64,000 nucleotides of DNA from an uncultured bacterium (GCA_963977015.1 CAXBMO010000001.1:224001-288000); one strand, 5' to 3'. Numbered from the stretch's first letter, positions 19,333 through 30,306 are shown. Notes: generated by a model not told the origin, from the letters alone. Made by a program: numbers and translations.

Positions 19333-20676
19333 ATGATGAGTTCAAAATCGAAGGCTACACGCCGCAAGTTCATTCAGGGAGCCGCTGCCACAGTCGCTGC
19401 TCCAACCATTATTCCTGCCTCCGCGCTCGGCGCAGGAGACAAACCGGCTCCCAGTGAGCGAGTCGCCATGGGTTTCATTGGGATCGGAAACCGTGGTTAC
19501 GGCGTGATGAGTGCCTTCCTGAATCATGCTGATGTTCAGGGTGTGGCCGTTGCGGATTGCCACCGGAAACACTTTGGTCGAAACGCGTTCGACGAAGGGC
19601 GAATGTATGGTGCAGAGGGCGGAAAAGCCGTGGTTGATGCGAAAAATGCCAACACGGATTGTAAGGCATACTCCGATTTTCGGGAACTGTGTGCTCGTGA
19701 CGACATCGACGCCGTCATGGTCGCCTCTCCCGATCATTGGCATGCGCTCATTACCCTTGAGGCGCTTCGCAATGGTAAAGATGTCTACTGCGAAAAGCCG
19801 GTCACTCACTTTTTTGCCGAGGGACAGGCGGTTTACAAAACCGTTGCCGAGAAAGAGGCCATCTTCACGGTTGGTTCTCAGCAACGCAGTGACGCGAAAT
19901 TCCGCCATGCCGTGAACGTGGTTCGCAATGGCCTGCTTGGGAAACTGCAGCGGGTTGAGGTTGGGCTCCCTGGCGGAAAAACGGCTCCGGACGGGGATCC
20001 GACACTGAAAGAGGCGCCTGACGGATACGATTGGTGGTGCGGGCCAAGTCCGGTTTTACCGTACATGGCAGCCCGGCATCATTGGTCCTGGCGTTGGCAC
20101 ACTGCTTATGGGCGCGGTCAACTGATGGACTGGATTGGTCACCACAACGACATCGCGCATTGGGGGCTGGGCCTTGAAACGACCGGGGGCGGCGATGGTC
20201 CGATCAGCGTCGAAGCCAAGAACTGGTCCTACGAAGCGACTCCTGAAATTTACGATACGGCGGTCCATTACGATGTCGTTTCCAAATACGAAAACGATCT
20301 TGAAGTGGTGATTTCCAGTCGACAGCAAATGGGCTGCAAGTGGATCGGGGAGAATGGCTGGATTTGGGTGACTCGCGGGAGTTATGATGCTTCAAATCCG
20401 GAGTGGGTTGCCGAAGGTTTCAATCCTGGTGACGTTCAGGTTTACAAGTCACCCGGTCATCAGCGTGATTTCATCAATTCGGTCAAGTCGCGCAACGAGT
20501 CGGTGGCTCCCGCCGAGAACGCGCATCGATCAATCACCCCGGGGCATCTTGCCTACGTGTCTCACGAGCTGGGGCGTCCCGTGAGGTGGGATCCAAAAGC
20601 AGAGAAAGTGATCGGCGACGAAAGCGCTCAGGAAAAGTTGACCGAACTTCCGTATCGCGGTGATTGGAAAATTTAG
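19333..20676 (+). CDS. Tat-exported Gfo/Idh/MocA family oxidoreductase
   Basis: TRRKFI, GFIGIGNRG, VASPDHWH, GKDVYCEKP, VGSQQRS and DWIGHHNDIAHW. Confidence 0.93.
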   Translation: MMSSKSKATRRKFIQGAAATVAAPTIIPASALGAGDKPAPSERVAMGFIGIGNRGYGVMSAFLNHADVQGVAVADCHRKHFGRNAFDEGRMYGAEGGKAVVDAKNANTDCKAYSDFRELCARDDIDAVMVASPDHWHALITLEALRNGKDVYCEKPVTHFFAEGQAVYKTVAEKEAIFTVGSQQRSDAKFRHAVNVVRNGLLGKLQRVEVGLPGGKTAPDGDPTLKEAPDGYDWWCGPSPVLPYMAARHHWSWRWHTAYGRGQLMDWIGHHNDIAHWGLGLETTGGGDGPISVEAKNWSYEATPEIYDTAVHYDVVSKYENDLEVVISSRQQMGCKWIGENGWIWVTRGSYDASNPEWVAEGFNPGDVQVYKSPGHQRDFINSVKSRNESVAPAENAHRSITPGHLAYVSHELGRPVRWDPKAEKVIGDESAQEKLTELPYRGDWKI

Positions 20677-20880
20677 GGGGCGTTTGAAAATGAGGTCGAG
20701 ACGCGCTGCGAGTGATTTTGTCGACTGGGAATGATGGCCCGGGGCGGCGATGAGCCTTCTCACAAAGCCTCGAACAGCATTTCCAGTCGGGAAAAGCGCC
20801 GCAGCTCAAGATCGCGCGAAGCCAATCTTCAAAAAAGCGGAACAACTTGGGCGTCCGTCATCATTTTCAATCGCGCAGTA
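20674..20880. mobile_element. Degenerate MITE-like / palindromic repeat element
   Basis: Left end TAGGGGGCGTTTGAAAATGAGG versus reverse complement of right end TACTGCGCGATTGAAAATGATG: 17/22 identical, TA at both ends. Internal inverted repeat CGACTGGGAATG (20722-20733) / CATTTCCAGTCG (20778-20789). Confidence 0.5.
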
Positions 20881-20911
20881 GAAAACTTCGTGGCGTTCCA
20901 GAGGTGCCGAC

Positions 20912-21448
20912 TCAGTTGAGGCCACGCTGAGCGATCAATTCTTCGGCCTGTCCGAAATCGAGGTCGAGATTCCATTCCGCACGGGTAACGGAATCGGTCA
21001 GGAGTTTGCAAAACGAGTGAAGCAGTTGCTCGTTGAGGTCAAATTCCAGCCCGTTGCCGTTCTGTGGATGCATGCAGAGGATTTGGCTGCCGTGACCGCT
21101 TTCTTTCAGGGCAACCTTACTGACCAAAATCGGGTCTTCGCCGAGCGGGAAAACGTGGCTCTCCTGGTACTTGGTTTTGAAATCCGCTTTTTCGATCGCC
21201 TCTTCATGCTGCTTCACCATTTCCATCTGTTGCTTGATTGGCTCCTCTCGCTTCGCCTCTTTTGGCTGCTGCTTTTTCAGCATGTTGAGAAGTGCCGCCC
21301 AGAGAATTCGGACATAACGGCGGGTCAGCCAGAATCGAAACTCGGCGCTTTGGCGGCCTGAAGTGTTCAGTCGAAACAGAAGTCTGTCCTCTTCCGGGAC
21401 AAACGTGATTTGCATTTGGTGAAGCTGACTCATTTCCGGTCTTGTCAT
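20912..21448 (-). CDS. Conserved hypothetical protein
   Basis: Protein-like ORF (QMQITFVPEEDRLLFR...FWLTRR...AEWNL) directly downstream of tal; start may be 21433. Confidence 0.75.
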   Translation of the reverse strand: MTRPEMSQLHQMQITFVPEEDRLLFRLNTSGRQSAEFRFWLTRRYVRILWAALLNMLKKQQPKEAKREEPIKQQMEMVKQHEEAIEKADFKTKYQESHVFPLGEDPILVSKVALKESGHGSQILCMHPQNGNGLEFDLNEQLLHSFCKLLTDSVTRAEWNLDLDFGQAEELIAQRGLN

Positions 21449-21485
21449 TCTAGCCGGAGTTGTCTGAAAGTCTAGCTTCCCAATC

Positions 21486-22439
21486 TTAGAGGGCTTCCTC
21501 GATCAGTTTTTCGAGCTTCACCATGTCTGCGGCAAATTTGCGGATCCCCTCGGCAGTTTTCTCGGTCGCCATGGCGTCGTCATTGAGAAGGTAGCGGAAG
21601 GATTTCTCGCTCACATCAATCCTTTCGATGTCGCTCGAAGCTGCTGCTTCGGCGACGAGTTTTTGAGGGACGTCGCCTTCGGTGCTTTGGAGGATTTCAA
21701 GAAGGTCCGGGCTGATCGTCAACAAGTCGCAGCCGGCCAATTCCAAAATTTGTCCGGTGTTTCGGAAGCTGGCTCCCATCACCTCGGTCTCGTAGCCAAA
21801 CTTTTTGTAGTAAGCAAAAATCTGATTCACCGACTGAACGCCGGGATCATCAGCGCCCGTGTATTCTTTGCCGGTATCTTTCTTGTACCAATCATAGATT
21901 CGACCGACGAACGGAGAAATCAGCTGGATTCCAGCTTCGGCGCAGGCAACGGCCTGGGCCAGGCTGAACATCAGGGTTAAATTGCAATGGATGCCTTCGT
22001 CCTCCAGGCGGTCCGCGGCGCGAATGCCTTCCCAGGTTGAGGCGATCTTGATCAGGATCCGATCGCGGCTAATCCCCTCAGCTTCATAGAGCTCGATGAT
22101 GCGATGGGCCTTGGTAATGGTTCCTTCCATGTCAAAGGAAAGCCGGGCATCCACCTCGGTGGAAACGCGGCCGGGAACAATGTCCAGGATCGCCTTGCCA
22201 AACAGAATGAGGAGCCGATCGATGATGGCATGAGTCAAGGCCTCACCGCTTAAACCCGAAGTTTTGATTTCGCGGATGGCTTGATCGACAAGGGGGCGGT
22301 AGGCTTCCTGTTGTGCCGCTTTGAGGATCAGCGAGGGGTTGGTCGTCGCGTCTTGCGGTGCATATTTCCGCATCGATTCAAAGTCGCCAGTGTCGGCAAC
22401 GACTGTAGTGAATTGCTTGAGTTGATCGAGTTGACTCAT
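21486..22439 (-). CDS. tal: Transaldolase
   Basis: [29 protein letters not shown], Schiff-base Lys in [23 protein letters not shown] and VMGASFR. Confidence 0.97.
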   Translation of the reverse strand: MSQLDQLKQFTTVVADTGDFESMRKYAPQDATTNPSLILKAAQQEAYRPLVDQAIREIKTSGLSGEALTHAIIDRLLILFGKAILDIVPGRVSTEVDARLSFDMEGTITKAHRIIELYEAEGISRDRILIKIASTWEGIRAADRLEDEGIHCNLTLMFSLAQAVACAEAGIQLISPFVGRIYDWYKKDTGKEYTGADDPGVQSVNQIFAYYKKFGYETEVMGASFRNTGQILELAGCDLLTISPDLLEILQSTEGDVPQKLVAEAAASSDIERIDVSEKSFRYLLNDDAMATEKTAEGIRKFAADMVKLEKLIEEAL

Positions 22440-22497
22440 GTTAGAATGATAGAAGGAGGAAAAGGCGAAAACAACCGGCAAGTTCGCGAAGCTTGCG

Positions 22498-23418
22498 TCA
22501 CATGCCGTGACGCAAAAGAATGCCCATGCCGGTTCCGGGATAGTAGAAATTCACGATCGCGGCGACGAGGAAAAAGTCGACGATGAGGTGGACGATCAAA
22601 ACCCAGAGAAGGCTTTCGGATTTCTCGAACATGCTTCCCTGCGTCCAGGCGAAAATCGCAACAATCACCACGCCCGCACCGGTAAACGCCATGTCGAAAA
22701 GGACCGAGGTGTAGACCACTGCCTGGAGCGCGTTGGATACCCGGTAACTGAAGAGGCTGCGTAACGTCGCGTAAACCACGTTGACGAAGAACAGCTCATC
22801 CCAAATTCCCACCATGTTGATCCCGACAAAGAGCCGTCGAATCTGGATCGGATCCATCTCCGGTGGCATCGTCCAGTGGGAAAAAAGCTGGTCGTTGAAC
22901 AGGGCCAGATTGGCCCAGCCGTAGAACTTGAGCACAAGCCACGCCAATGGAATGGACAGGATCGTGTAAATCACGTCGATCTTGCGGAAATTACCCGGCC
23001 AGAAGCGATACCGGATCACGCCCGGATCGGTTCGGGCCATGATGATCGCGGGAAGGAACGCGCAGATCCCAAACGGGATACCCAGTCGAAAAAAGTTTGC
23101 GTCAGAGAGCGAGGTTTGGATGTCGCAGAATGCGAGCAAGGCGATGCAACCGAGCAGAATCCCCATGCGGCGGCGCAGCTTGGTCGAGGAATCCCGGAGC
23201 ACGAGAATCACGCAGCTTAGCCAAACCGCGAACCCGAGGACGTGCGAGATTTTTGAAGCCACGCCGGATGTTTCGCCCGCAACGGGGATCCAGATCACCG
23301 TCGCCGCAGCAAAGGTGGCCAGGGTCGCAATCCGCGACTTCGTGAGTTCGAGAGGAGGAGGCGAACTTGGTGAAGGGTTATCCACGCGGCAAGCTGCCGA
23401 TTCGAGGCGCTTCGTCAA
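22498..23418 (-). CDS. CPBP family intramembrane glutamic endopeptidase
   Basis: Multiple TM helices; GIWDELFF variant of the EExxxR motif and C-terminal IVHLIVD. Exact start uncertain. Confidence 0.72.
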   Translation of the reverse strand: MTKRLESAACRVDNPSPSSPPPLELTKSRIATLATFAAATVIWIPVAGETSGVASKISHVLGFAVWLSCVILVLRDSSTKLRRRMGILLGCIALLAFCDIQTSLSDANFFRLGIPFGICAFLPAIIMARTDPGVIRYRFWPGNFRKIDVIYTILSIPLAWLVLKFYGWANLALFNDQLFSHWTMPPEMDPIQIRRLFVGINMVGIWDELFFVNVVYATLRSLFSYRVSNALQAVVYTSVLFDMAFTGAGVVIVAIFAWTQGSMFEKSESLLWVLIVHLIVDFFLVAAIVNFYYPGTGMGILLRHGM

Positions 23419-23736
23419 TCAGTCAATCTGCGCCAAGGGCGTGGACGCCGGTAAATCCCGGGATTGCGTAGTCAGCGCATCGCCAATCCAAAGCAGCGCG
23501 GCACAGGCGACCATGCGAAGGGCAAGGCCTGCCAGCCGGATTTGGAAATGATAGGGCTTCGGCTCCATGATGGAAATGAACGCTGGTTGAGGGATTTATC
23601 AACCTTTGTTCTTATATTTTCTATAATTATCAAATTTGACCAACGGCGGGGTTTTCGCTTTCTTTGATCGTGTCGTTGTCAAACCATCAACGGATCTGAA
23701 TCATTTCGAGCTGCTTCCGCCCAACCTTGACCTGAA

Positions 23737-24303
23737 TTGACGACGAAATGCCTCCATTCCCTCCTCCTGTTTGTGATCCCGATCATGGCGTCTTCCTGCG
23801 CGGTTGTTCCCGGACAGGCGAATCTCGCGAAGAGCGAGGCCAGGCAATCGGCCAGCCATTATTTCAATGAGGGGCGTGAGATAAGTTTGGAAGGAAGCCA
23901 CCTGCTCTTTGTTCCCAAGATGAATCCGCTGTGGTGGCTGGGAAACGCGGATCGCGATTACGACGAAACGTGGAAGCCGGAGAAGTCCCATGAATGGCGC
24001 AAATTCACCTTTGCACTCCGCAATCCCGGCCACAATTTCACGCATTATGTCATCGGTGTCTCGGATCGGGATATCCATCGGGTCGGAATCGCCGCCGAGC
24101 ATGTTTGGAATCCGGATGGGGGGCTGAATTTAGCAGTTACAAACAGTGGGCCGCTCATCCATCTACCGTTCGTGAGCAACAAGGGCCCATTCTTCGAAGG
24201 TTATTTGGGTTGGCGACAGGACGGAAATTTCGGGGCTGCGTTCCGAAAATCGGATCGTCGGAAGGAGTCGAAATCAGAGACCGGCGAGGAACCTATTCGT
24301 TGA
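23737..24303 (+). CDS. Hypothetical lipoprotein
   Basis: Hydrophobic N-terminus ending MASSC; Trp/aromatic-rich domain (NPLWWLGN, ALRNPGHNF, YLGWR). TTG start. Confidence 0.65.
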   Translation: MTTKCLHSLLLFVIPIMASSCAVVPGQANLAKSEARQSASHYFNEGREISLEGSHLLFVPKMNPLWWLGNADRDYDETWKPEKSHEWRKFTFALRNPGHNFTHYVIGVSDRDIHRVGIAAEHVWNPDGGLNLAVTNSGPLIHLPFVSNKGPFFEGYLGWRQDGNFGAAFRKSDRRKESKSETGEEPIR

Positions 24304-25393
24304 CGCTGAAGCGATGAATCGTCGTTTGGCGGTAGATCTCGCCAGGTCTCAGGAGGGATGACGGGAAATTCGCCTGGTTTGGCGAGTCCGGAAAGTGCTG
24401 ACATTCGAGGCAAATCGCGTGATGCCGGTCGTAGGATTTCCCATCAGCGCCGAGTTTGGGGTTGAGATAGTTCGCCGTGTAAAGCTGAACGCCGGGAGTC
24501 GTCGTCAGCACCTCCATTACACGTCCGGATTGGGGATCTTCGACCTTCGCGACGCTCCTCGGCTTTTCGGTCACGAGATCGGGGAAGGCGTAACAGTGAT
24601 CATAACCGCCGCCATCAACCTCTTTGATCCTCGCTCCAACGGTCGTTGGCGTCCGAAAATCAAAGGGCGTGCCCTCGATCGGAAGGAAGTCGCCGGTGGG
24701 GATTTTCCGTGAGTCGATCGCGAGAATCGCGTCTGCATTGATCTGGAGCAGGTGATCCAAAACGGGGCCCGAAGTGGCACCGCCGAGATTCCAATAGGCA
24801 TGGTTGGTCAGGTTCACATGAGTCGGGCGGTCCGTCGTGGCTTCATAGTGCAGGATGAGTTCATTGGCGTCCGTCAATCGGTAGGTCACGCTGGCTACAA
24901 GATTCCCGGGAAATCCTTCATGGCCATCGGCGCTGGTAAGTTGAAATCGAACGCCGTTCTCAACGACTTCAGCATCCCAGAATTGCTTTTGGAAACCGGT
25001 TTTCCCGCCATGGATGTGGACCTTGGATTTGGCGTTGAAGGTTTCGAGGTCATAACGGGTTCCGTCGATCGTGAACCCTCCGGTATCGATTCGGTTCGCA
25101 AAACGCCCGACAACGGAGCCGAACAGCGGATGGCTGCCGAGGTAGGCCGCCGGATCCTCGAGATAGAGCGTAACATTCGCAAACGTTCCGTCGCGATCGG
25201 GGGTATACATGCCGGTTAGTGTCGCCCCGTAGTCGAGGATGGTTGCCTTGAGGCCGGTCGCATTCGTCAGGGTGAACTCCTTGAGTTCGTGATCGTCGTC
25301 AAGTTGAAGGGTTTGAGACGTGACCGTCGTTGATTGGGCGTGGAGCTGCCCAAGCGCAGCGAGCGATACCAAGGCGAGAAGGGGGCGAATCAT
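24293..25393 (-). CDS. galM: Aldose 1-epimerase (mutarotase), secreted
   Basis: Signal peptide; GSVVGRFANRI, HIHGG, EGFPG, NLTNHAYWNL, GVQLYTAN and ICLECQHFPDSPN. Confidence 0.93.
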   Translation of the reverse strand: MIRPLLALVSLAALGQLHAQSTTVTSQTLQLDDDHELKEFTLTNATGLKATILDYGATLTGMYTPDRDGTFANVTLYLEDPAAYLGSHPLFGSVVGRFANRIDTGGFTIDGTRYDLETFNAKSKVHIHGGKTGFQKQFWDAEVVENGVRFQLTSADGHEGFPGNLVASVTYRLTDANELILHYEATTDRPTHVNLTNHAYWNLGGATSGPVLDHLLQINADAILAIDSRKIPTGDFLPIEGTPFDFRTPTTVGARIKEVDGGGYDHCYAFPDLVTEKPRSVAKVEDPQSGRVMEVLTTTPGVQLYTANYLNPKLGADGKSYDRHHAICLECQHFPDSPNQANFPSSLLRPGEIYRQTTIHRFSVNE

Positions 25394-25535
25394 CCCATTC
25401 CTTCCTCTGCGGCGATTCGCCCGTCAAGTCTGGTCAAATGGCTGGTTAGCTAGCCTCGCCCAAATGAAGGTTGAGTGCAGGGCGAATCGCGGCTTCAGTC
25501 CAAGCTTTCTCGCATTCTGTTATCGGTTCCTTCCC

Positions 25536-28325
25536 ATGAAATTGACTCCACTTGTTCTCAGCCTCTGCTTCCTGGCCACGTCATACGGCCAGACGTTTGA
25601 TCCCAAAAAGGTGAAAGCTCAGCACGTCGATCCCAGCGAATTTGTGGCGATGGGCGATCTCGAGGTCACGCTTTGGGCGACCTCTCCCATGTTCTTCAAT
25701 CCCACGAACATGGATATTGATAAAGACGGGCGGATTTGGGTGGCGGAAGGCGTTCGCTATCGCCGGAATCACGAGCGTCGGCCTGAGGGTGATCGGATCA
25801 TGGTGCTGGAAGATCGGAACCGCGATGGCCGGGCGGACAAGAGCCACGTTTTTGTTCAGGAAGAAGCCCTGGTCGCCCCGCTCGGTATTGCCGTCATCGA
25901 CAACCAGGTCATCGTCTCCCAACCGCCGGAAATGATCGTTTACACGGACGTGGATCGGAATTTGAAATTTGATCCGGCCAAAGACAAACGTGAGGTGATC
26001 TTGACCGGCTTCCATGGGAAGAATCATGATCACAGTCTGCATTCGATCACGGTTGGGCCAGACTCGAAATGGTATTGGAATAGCGGAAACTGCGGAGCCA
26101 AATTCACGGACAACGAAGGCAAGACGTGGAATATCTGTAGCGGTTATCCGGGGACGCCGATCGGACCGTGGAAGAATCCCGAGCCAAACACGGAAGTCGC
26201 GGGACGCGAAAGTGCCGATGGCCATGTTTACGTGGGGGGATTTACCGTGCGCATGAATCCGGATGGAACCGGAGTCGAGGTGATTGGTCACAATTATCGA
26301 AACAGCTACGAGCAGAGCATTACCTCGGTTGGTGACGTGTTTCAGAATGACAATGATGATCCACCTGCCTGCCGGGTGAGCTACGTGATGGAATACGCGA
26401 ACTTTGGGTTTTCGAGCAATGACGGCAAGCGGACATGGCGGGCTGATCAACGGCCGGGCCAGTCGATTCCGATTGCAGAGTGGCGTCAGGAAGATCCGGG
26501 AATTTACCCTGCAGGCGATGTTTACGGCGGCGGTTCCCCAACCGGAAACGTGTTCTATGAGAACGGCGCGTTGGGACCGGAGTTTGAGGGAATGTTCCTC
26601 GCCTGTGAGCCGGGCCGGAACACGATATTTGGATACAAACCGGAGAAAAAGGGCGCAGGTTATGAACTGGAGCGATTCGACTTTCTCACGACAAATCCCA
26701 CCGGTGAATTTGCTGGTTCCGACTTTTTGGGAGGAAGCAACAGCGTCTCCGACGAAACACGAACCCTGTTTCGTCCGTCCGATATCGCGGTTGGTCCCGA
26801 TGGCGCGCTTTATGTGACGGACTGGTATGACGGGCGGGTCGGCGGACACCAGGATCTCGACACGTCCTGCTCGGGCGCAATTTATCGGATTGCCCCGAAG
26901 GGCTTTCGTCCTCACGTTCCCGAACTGAAGCTCAATACGATGAATGGCGCGATACAGGCGCTGAGAAGCCCGGCGGTGAATGTCCGCGAACTCGGGCGTC
27001 GCGCGTTGAAGGAGAAGGGAGACAAAGGGTTTGCCGCTTTGGAAGGGCAGCTCCGCGATTCCAATCCATTTCTCGCGGCCCGTGCGGTTTGGGTCATGGC
27101 GAAGATGGGGCGAGAGGGGCAGGATCGAGTCGAAGATCTGCTTCAGCACGAGGAGTCTCACATTCGGATTGCCGCGTTTCGCGCCCTGAGGAGGGAATGG
27201 TTTGAGCAACGCCGCCTTGCCGAGCCGAATCTGGAAAGCGAAGACAAGGAAATCCGACGAAAAGCGCGAAGCGACTGGGCGCGCCAGGAATTGAAGCTGT
27301 TGGTGGCCGTTGAAAAATTCACCAAGGACCCGGATCCGGCGGTTCGGCGTGAAGCCGCCTTGTCCCTCCGCGACATCGACTTCAATCAATGCCGCGACGC
27401 GCTTTGCCGCTTGGCAAAAGCCTACGATGGAAAGGATCGTTACATGCTCGAAGCCATTGGAACGGCCTGCACCGGAAAAGAGGAAGAGGCGTATCTCATC
27501 TTTCGACGCGGTCTCAAAGGTGGAAATCCTGCCGAATGGTCTGATGCCATGGCCAATCTGGCTTGGCGACTTCATTCGCCCGATGCCATCTCGGCTCACA
27601 AGCAGCGCGCGCTCTCCGAAGATTTGGACGATGCGCAGCGAAAGCAGGCCCTGGATGCCTTGGCCTTCACCAATCACCAGAAAGCCGCTGACGCCGTCTT
27701 GGAAGTCGCGGCGTTGGACAGTGCGGGCGCCCTGAAGGCAGATGCGACATGGTGGCTCCTAAACCGGTCCAACAATGATTGGAAAGAGTATGGGCTCGCG
27801 AGCGAATTGAAGGAGCGCGGCATCTACGATCCTGACAAGATCGAAATCCTGGAGGCCGTCGTTCCCAAACCCAGCCCGATTCCGGCGGTTCGCTATCCGG
27901 AGATGAGTGAGCTTCTTGCGATGAAGGGAGATCCCGAAAATGGCAAAAATGTGGCCATGCGCTGTATCATGTGTCACCAGGTTGGTGGGCAGGGCGTCAG
28001 CTACGGTCCTGCGTTGGACGGATGGGGCAAAACGCAGACCCGCGAAGTCATTTTTCAATCCATTATCGATCCTTCCGCCAGCATCGCCCACGGCTACAAA
28101 GGAACGGAAATCGTCACCAAAGATGGAAAGACGATTCACGGCTTGGTAATCTCAAACGGGAATCCCAAGATGGTGCGCTCGATGGGCGGCCTGACCCAAA
28201 CCATTCCCAAGAAACAGATTCAATCCGAGAAAGCTCTGGGACGCTCGCTGATGATGTCTGCGGCTCAGTTGGGAATTTCTCCCGAAGATTTGGTTGATCT
28301 GGTAGCCTACCTCAAAGCGAACTGA
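25536..28325 (+). CDS. PVC-type heme-binding CxxCH protein (putative glucose/sorbosone-dehydrogenase-like beta-propeller + HEAT repeats + cytochrome c)
   Basis: Signal peptide from ATG 25536; NPTNMDIDKDGRIWVAE, RPSDIAVGPDGALYVTDWYD, HEAT repeats (DPDPAVRREAA) and CIMCH...GPAL...SIIDPSASIAHGY...SLM. Confidence 0.9.
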   Translation: MKLTPLVLSLCFLATSYGQTFDPKKVKAQHVDPSEFVAMGDLEVTLWATSPMFFNPTNMDIDKDGRIWVAEGVRYRRNHERRPEGDRIMVLEDRNRDGRADKSHVFVQEEALVAPLGIAVIDNQVIVSQPPEMIVYTDVDRNLKFDPAKDKREVILTGFHGKNHDHSLHSITVGPDSKWYWNSGNCGAKFTDNEGKTWNICSGYPGTPIGPWKNPEPNTEVAGRESADGHVYVGGFTVRMNPDGTGVEVIGHNYRNSYEQSITSVGDVFQNDNDDPPACRVSYVMEYANFGFSSNDGKRTWRADQRPGQSIPIAEWRQEDPGIYPAGDVYGGGSPTGNVFYENGALGPEFEGMFLACEPGRNTIFGYKPEKKGAGYELERFDFLTTNPTGEFAGSDFLGGSNSVSDETRTLFRPSDIAVGPDGALYVTDWYDGRVGGHQDLDTSCSGAIYRIAPKGFRPHVPELKLNTMNGAIQALRSPAVNVRELGRRALKEKGDKGFAALEGQLRDSNPFLAARAVWVMAKMGREGQDRVEDLLQHEESHIRIAAFRALRREWFEQRRLAEPNLESEDKEIRRKARSDWARQELKLLVAVEKFTKDPDPAVRREAALSLRDIDFNQCRDALCRLAKAYDGKDRYMLEAIGTACTGKEEEAYLIFRRGLKGGNPAEWSDAMANLAWRLHSPDAISAHKQRALSEDLDDAQRKQALDALAFTNHQKAADAVLEVAALDSAGALKADATWWLLNRSNNDWKEYGLASELKERGIYDPDKIEILEAVVPKPSPIPAVRYPEMSELLAMKGDPENGKNVAMRCIMCHQVGGQGVSYGPALDGWGKTQTREVIFQSIIDPSASIAHGYKGTEIVTKDGKTIHGLVISNGNPKMVRSMGGLTQTIPKKQIQSEKALGRSLMMSAAQLGISPEDLVDLVAYLKAN

Positions 28326-28398
28326 GTTCGCTCCTTCCAGCCTCGGGCATCTCCGTTAGTCTGGTTGCCCAGTCGCGCCACCCGTGCGAAGCTCTTCA

Positions 28399-28734
28399 AT
28401 GCTGGACGACGAAACTCGAACCACGCTTCAAGACCGTCTTCTCGATGAAATCGCGGATGTTGAGGAAAAAATCGTGGTATTGGAGAAAGCGACCAAGCCC
28501 GTCGAGCCAGACAAGGCGATTGGCCGGCTGAGTCGTCTGGAGTCGATGAATGAGAAAAGCGTGCATGAAGCGGCGCTTCGTCAGGCTCAGGAACGTTTGT
28601 CCAAACTGGAAGTGGCGATGACGCGGGTGTTTGACCAGAACTTCGGCATTTGCACGGGGTGCGGCCAAGCCATCCCGGAGGAGCGCTTGCTCCTGTTGCC
28701 TGAAAGCACGCGATGTGTGAAGTGTGCCGGTTAG
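28399..28734 (+). CDS. TraR/DksA family C4-type zinc finger protein
   Basis: Coiled coil with IGRLSRL tip; FGICTGCG...ERL...PESTRCVKC. Confidence 0.88.
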   Translation: MLDDETRTTLQDRLLDEIADVEEKIVVLEKATKPVEPDKAIGRLSRLESMNEKSVHEAALRQAQERLSKLEVAMTRVFDQNFGICTGCGQAIPEERLLLLPESTRCVKCAG

Positions 28735-28756
28735 CGGCAATCTCGAGCCAGGCTTG

Positions 28757-30130
28757 TTAGCCTTTGCCCAACGCAAACACTTCGAATCCGGTCTCACGCA
28801 GAGCTTGGTGATCCATCAGATTCCGACCGTCAAAGAGGAAGGCCGGCTTGAACATCGACGCCTGAATGGCTTTCCAGTCAAGATCGCGGAATTCATCCCA
28901 TTCAGTGAGAATGGCCACGCCGTGGGCTTTATCGGTGGCTGCCATGGCGTCCGTGTGAAACTCAAGATTAGATTCCAACTTCTCGGCAGGCACACCAACA
29001 TAGAGGAGATCAGCCTTCATTTGCTCTTCGCTGACTTTCGGATCGTAAATCGCGACCTTGGCGTCCTCCATAATGAGGTCTCTACAGATGTAGATCGAGG
29101 CGGATTCGCGGGTGTCGTTGGTGTCTTTTTTGAAGGCAAACCCAAGAATGGAAATCTTCTTACCAGCTACGGTGTTGAACAGCGTGGAGACGATGCGCTG
29201 ACTGAAGCGGCGTTTTTGCCAGTCATTCATCGTGATGACTTGTTCCCAGTAGGCGGATACTTCGGGCAGGCCGAAATGCTCGCACAGGTAAACGAGGTTG
29301 AGGACATCCTTCTGGAAGCAGGATCCGCCGAAACCAACCGAAGCCTTGAGGAATTTCGGGCCGATGCGGGAGTCGGTTCCAATCGCCCGGGCGACTTCGT
29401 CCACATCCGCTCCCGTCTCCTCGCAGAGGGCGGAAATCGAATTGATGGAAGAGATACGCTGTGCCAGGAAGGCATTGGCGACCAGTTTGGAGAGCTCGGA
29501 AGACCAAAGATTCGTGGTGAGAATTCGATCTCTCGGCACCCAATGCTCGTAGACTTGCACCAGTTTCTCGACCGCTTCCTGTCCTTCTGGAGTCGTTGCT
29601 CCACCAATGAGAATACGATCTGGGTTCGTGAGATCGGAGATCGCGGTGCCTTCCGCGAGAAACTCAGGGTTCGACAGAACCTGGAAGGTCGCTTTACCGG
29701 TGTTCGCCGTGAGAATGGTGCGGAGGGCTTCAGCGGTCCGAACTGGAATCGTGCTCTTTTCGACAACGATTTTATGCCCTTCGGAAACATCGGCAATGGT
29801 TCGTGCAGCAAGCTCCACATAGCGCAAATCTGCAGCACGACCGGCACCGGCGCCGTAGGTTTTGGTCGGAGTGCCGACACTGACAAAGATGATTTCGGCT
29901 TCCTTGATTGCTCCTTCTACGTCCGTGGAGAAATGAAGATTGGTTCCGCGGATTTCCTGGACGATTTCGTCGAGGCCGGGCTCGAAAACTGGCAATTCAT
30001 CGGAATTCCACGCATCGACGCGAGCTTGATTGACGTCAACGACGGTGACTTGGATGTCCGGGCACTTGGCCGCGATCATAGCCATGGTTGGGCCGCCTAC
30101 ATATCCTGCTCCAATACAACAGATTTTCAT
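28757..30130 (-). CDS. ugd: UDP-glucose 6-dehydrogenase
   Basis: [42 protein letters not shown], catalytic Cys in [10 protein letters not shown], and [14 protein letters not shown]. Confidence 0.96.
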   Translation of the reverse strand: MKICCIGAGYVGGPTMAMIAAKCPDIQVTVVDVNQARVDAWNSDELPVFEPGLDEIVQEIRGTNLHFSTDVEGAIKEAEIIFVSVGTPTKTYGAGAGRAADLRYVELAARTIADVSEGHKIVVEKSTIPVRTAEALRTILTANTGKATFQVLSNPEFLAEGTAISDLTNPDRILIGGATTPEGQEAVEKLVQVYEHWVPRDRILTTNLWSSELSKLVANAFLAQRISSINSISALCEETGADVDEVARAIGTDSRIGPKFLKASVGFGGSCFQKDVLNLVYLCEHFGLPEVSAYWEQVITMNDWQKRRFSQRIVSTLFNTVAGKKISILGFAFKKDTNDTRESASIYICRDLIMEDAKVAIYDPKVSEEQMKADLLYVGVPAEKLESNLEFHTDAMAATDKAHGVAILTEWDEFRDLDWKAIQASMFKPAFLFDGRNLMDHQALRETGFEVFALGKG

Positions 30131-30306
30131 GGTTCCGAGTTTGTCTCCTTAAATTAGATAAAAACTATAAATTTCAGTATAGCGAGGAGTATCCACTCTT
30201 TGTGTATTCGGGCAACAAAAAGTTTGCCGTCATCGAGGAGTGGTAAATCCGAGCATTTACCGAATCGATCGGGGCTGGTTCTCAACACCCGATTCTACGA
30301 TTCGAC

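Noticed and set aside
25581..27677. 698-aa minus-strand ORF (and similar long antisense ORFs at 4807-6165, 48134-49396, 51156-52211, 52446-53876)
   Set aside because: All lie opposite well-supported genes and show no recognisable domains.
28757..30130. Eukaryote-like appearance of the UDP-glucose dehydrogenase as evidence of horizontal transfer
   Set aside because: This UGDH subtype is already known in many bacteria, so it is not unusual.
28724..30157. 477-aa plus-strand ORF spanning ugd
   Set aside because: Antisense shadow of a clearly conserved gene; no motifs; expected from codon bias in GC-rich DNA.
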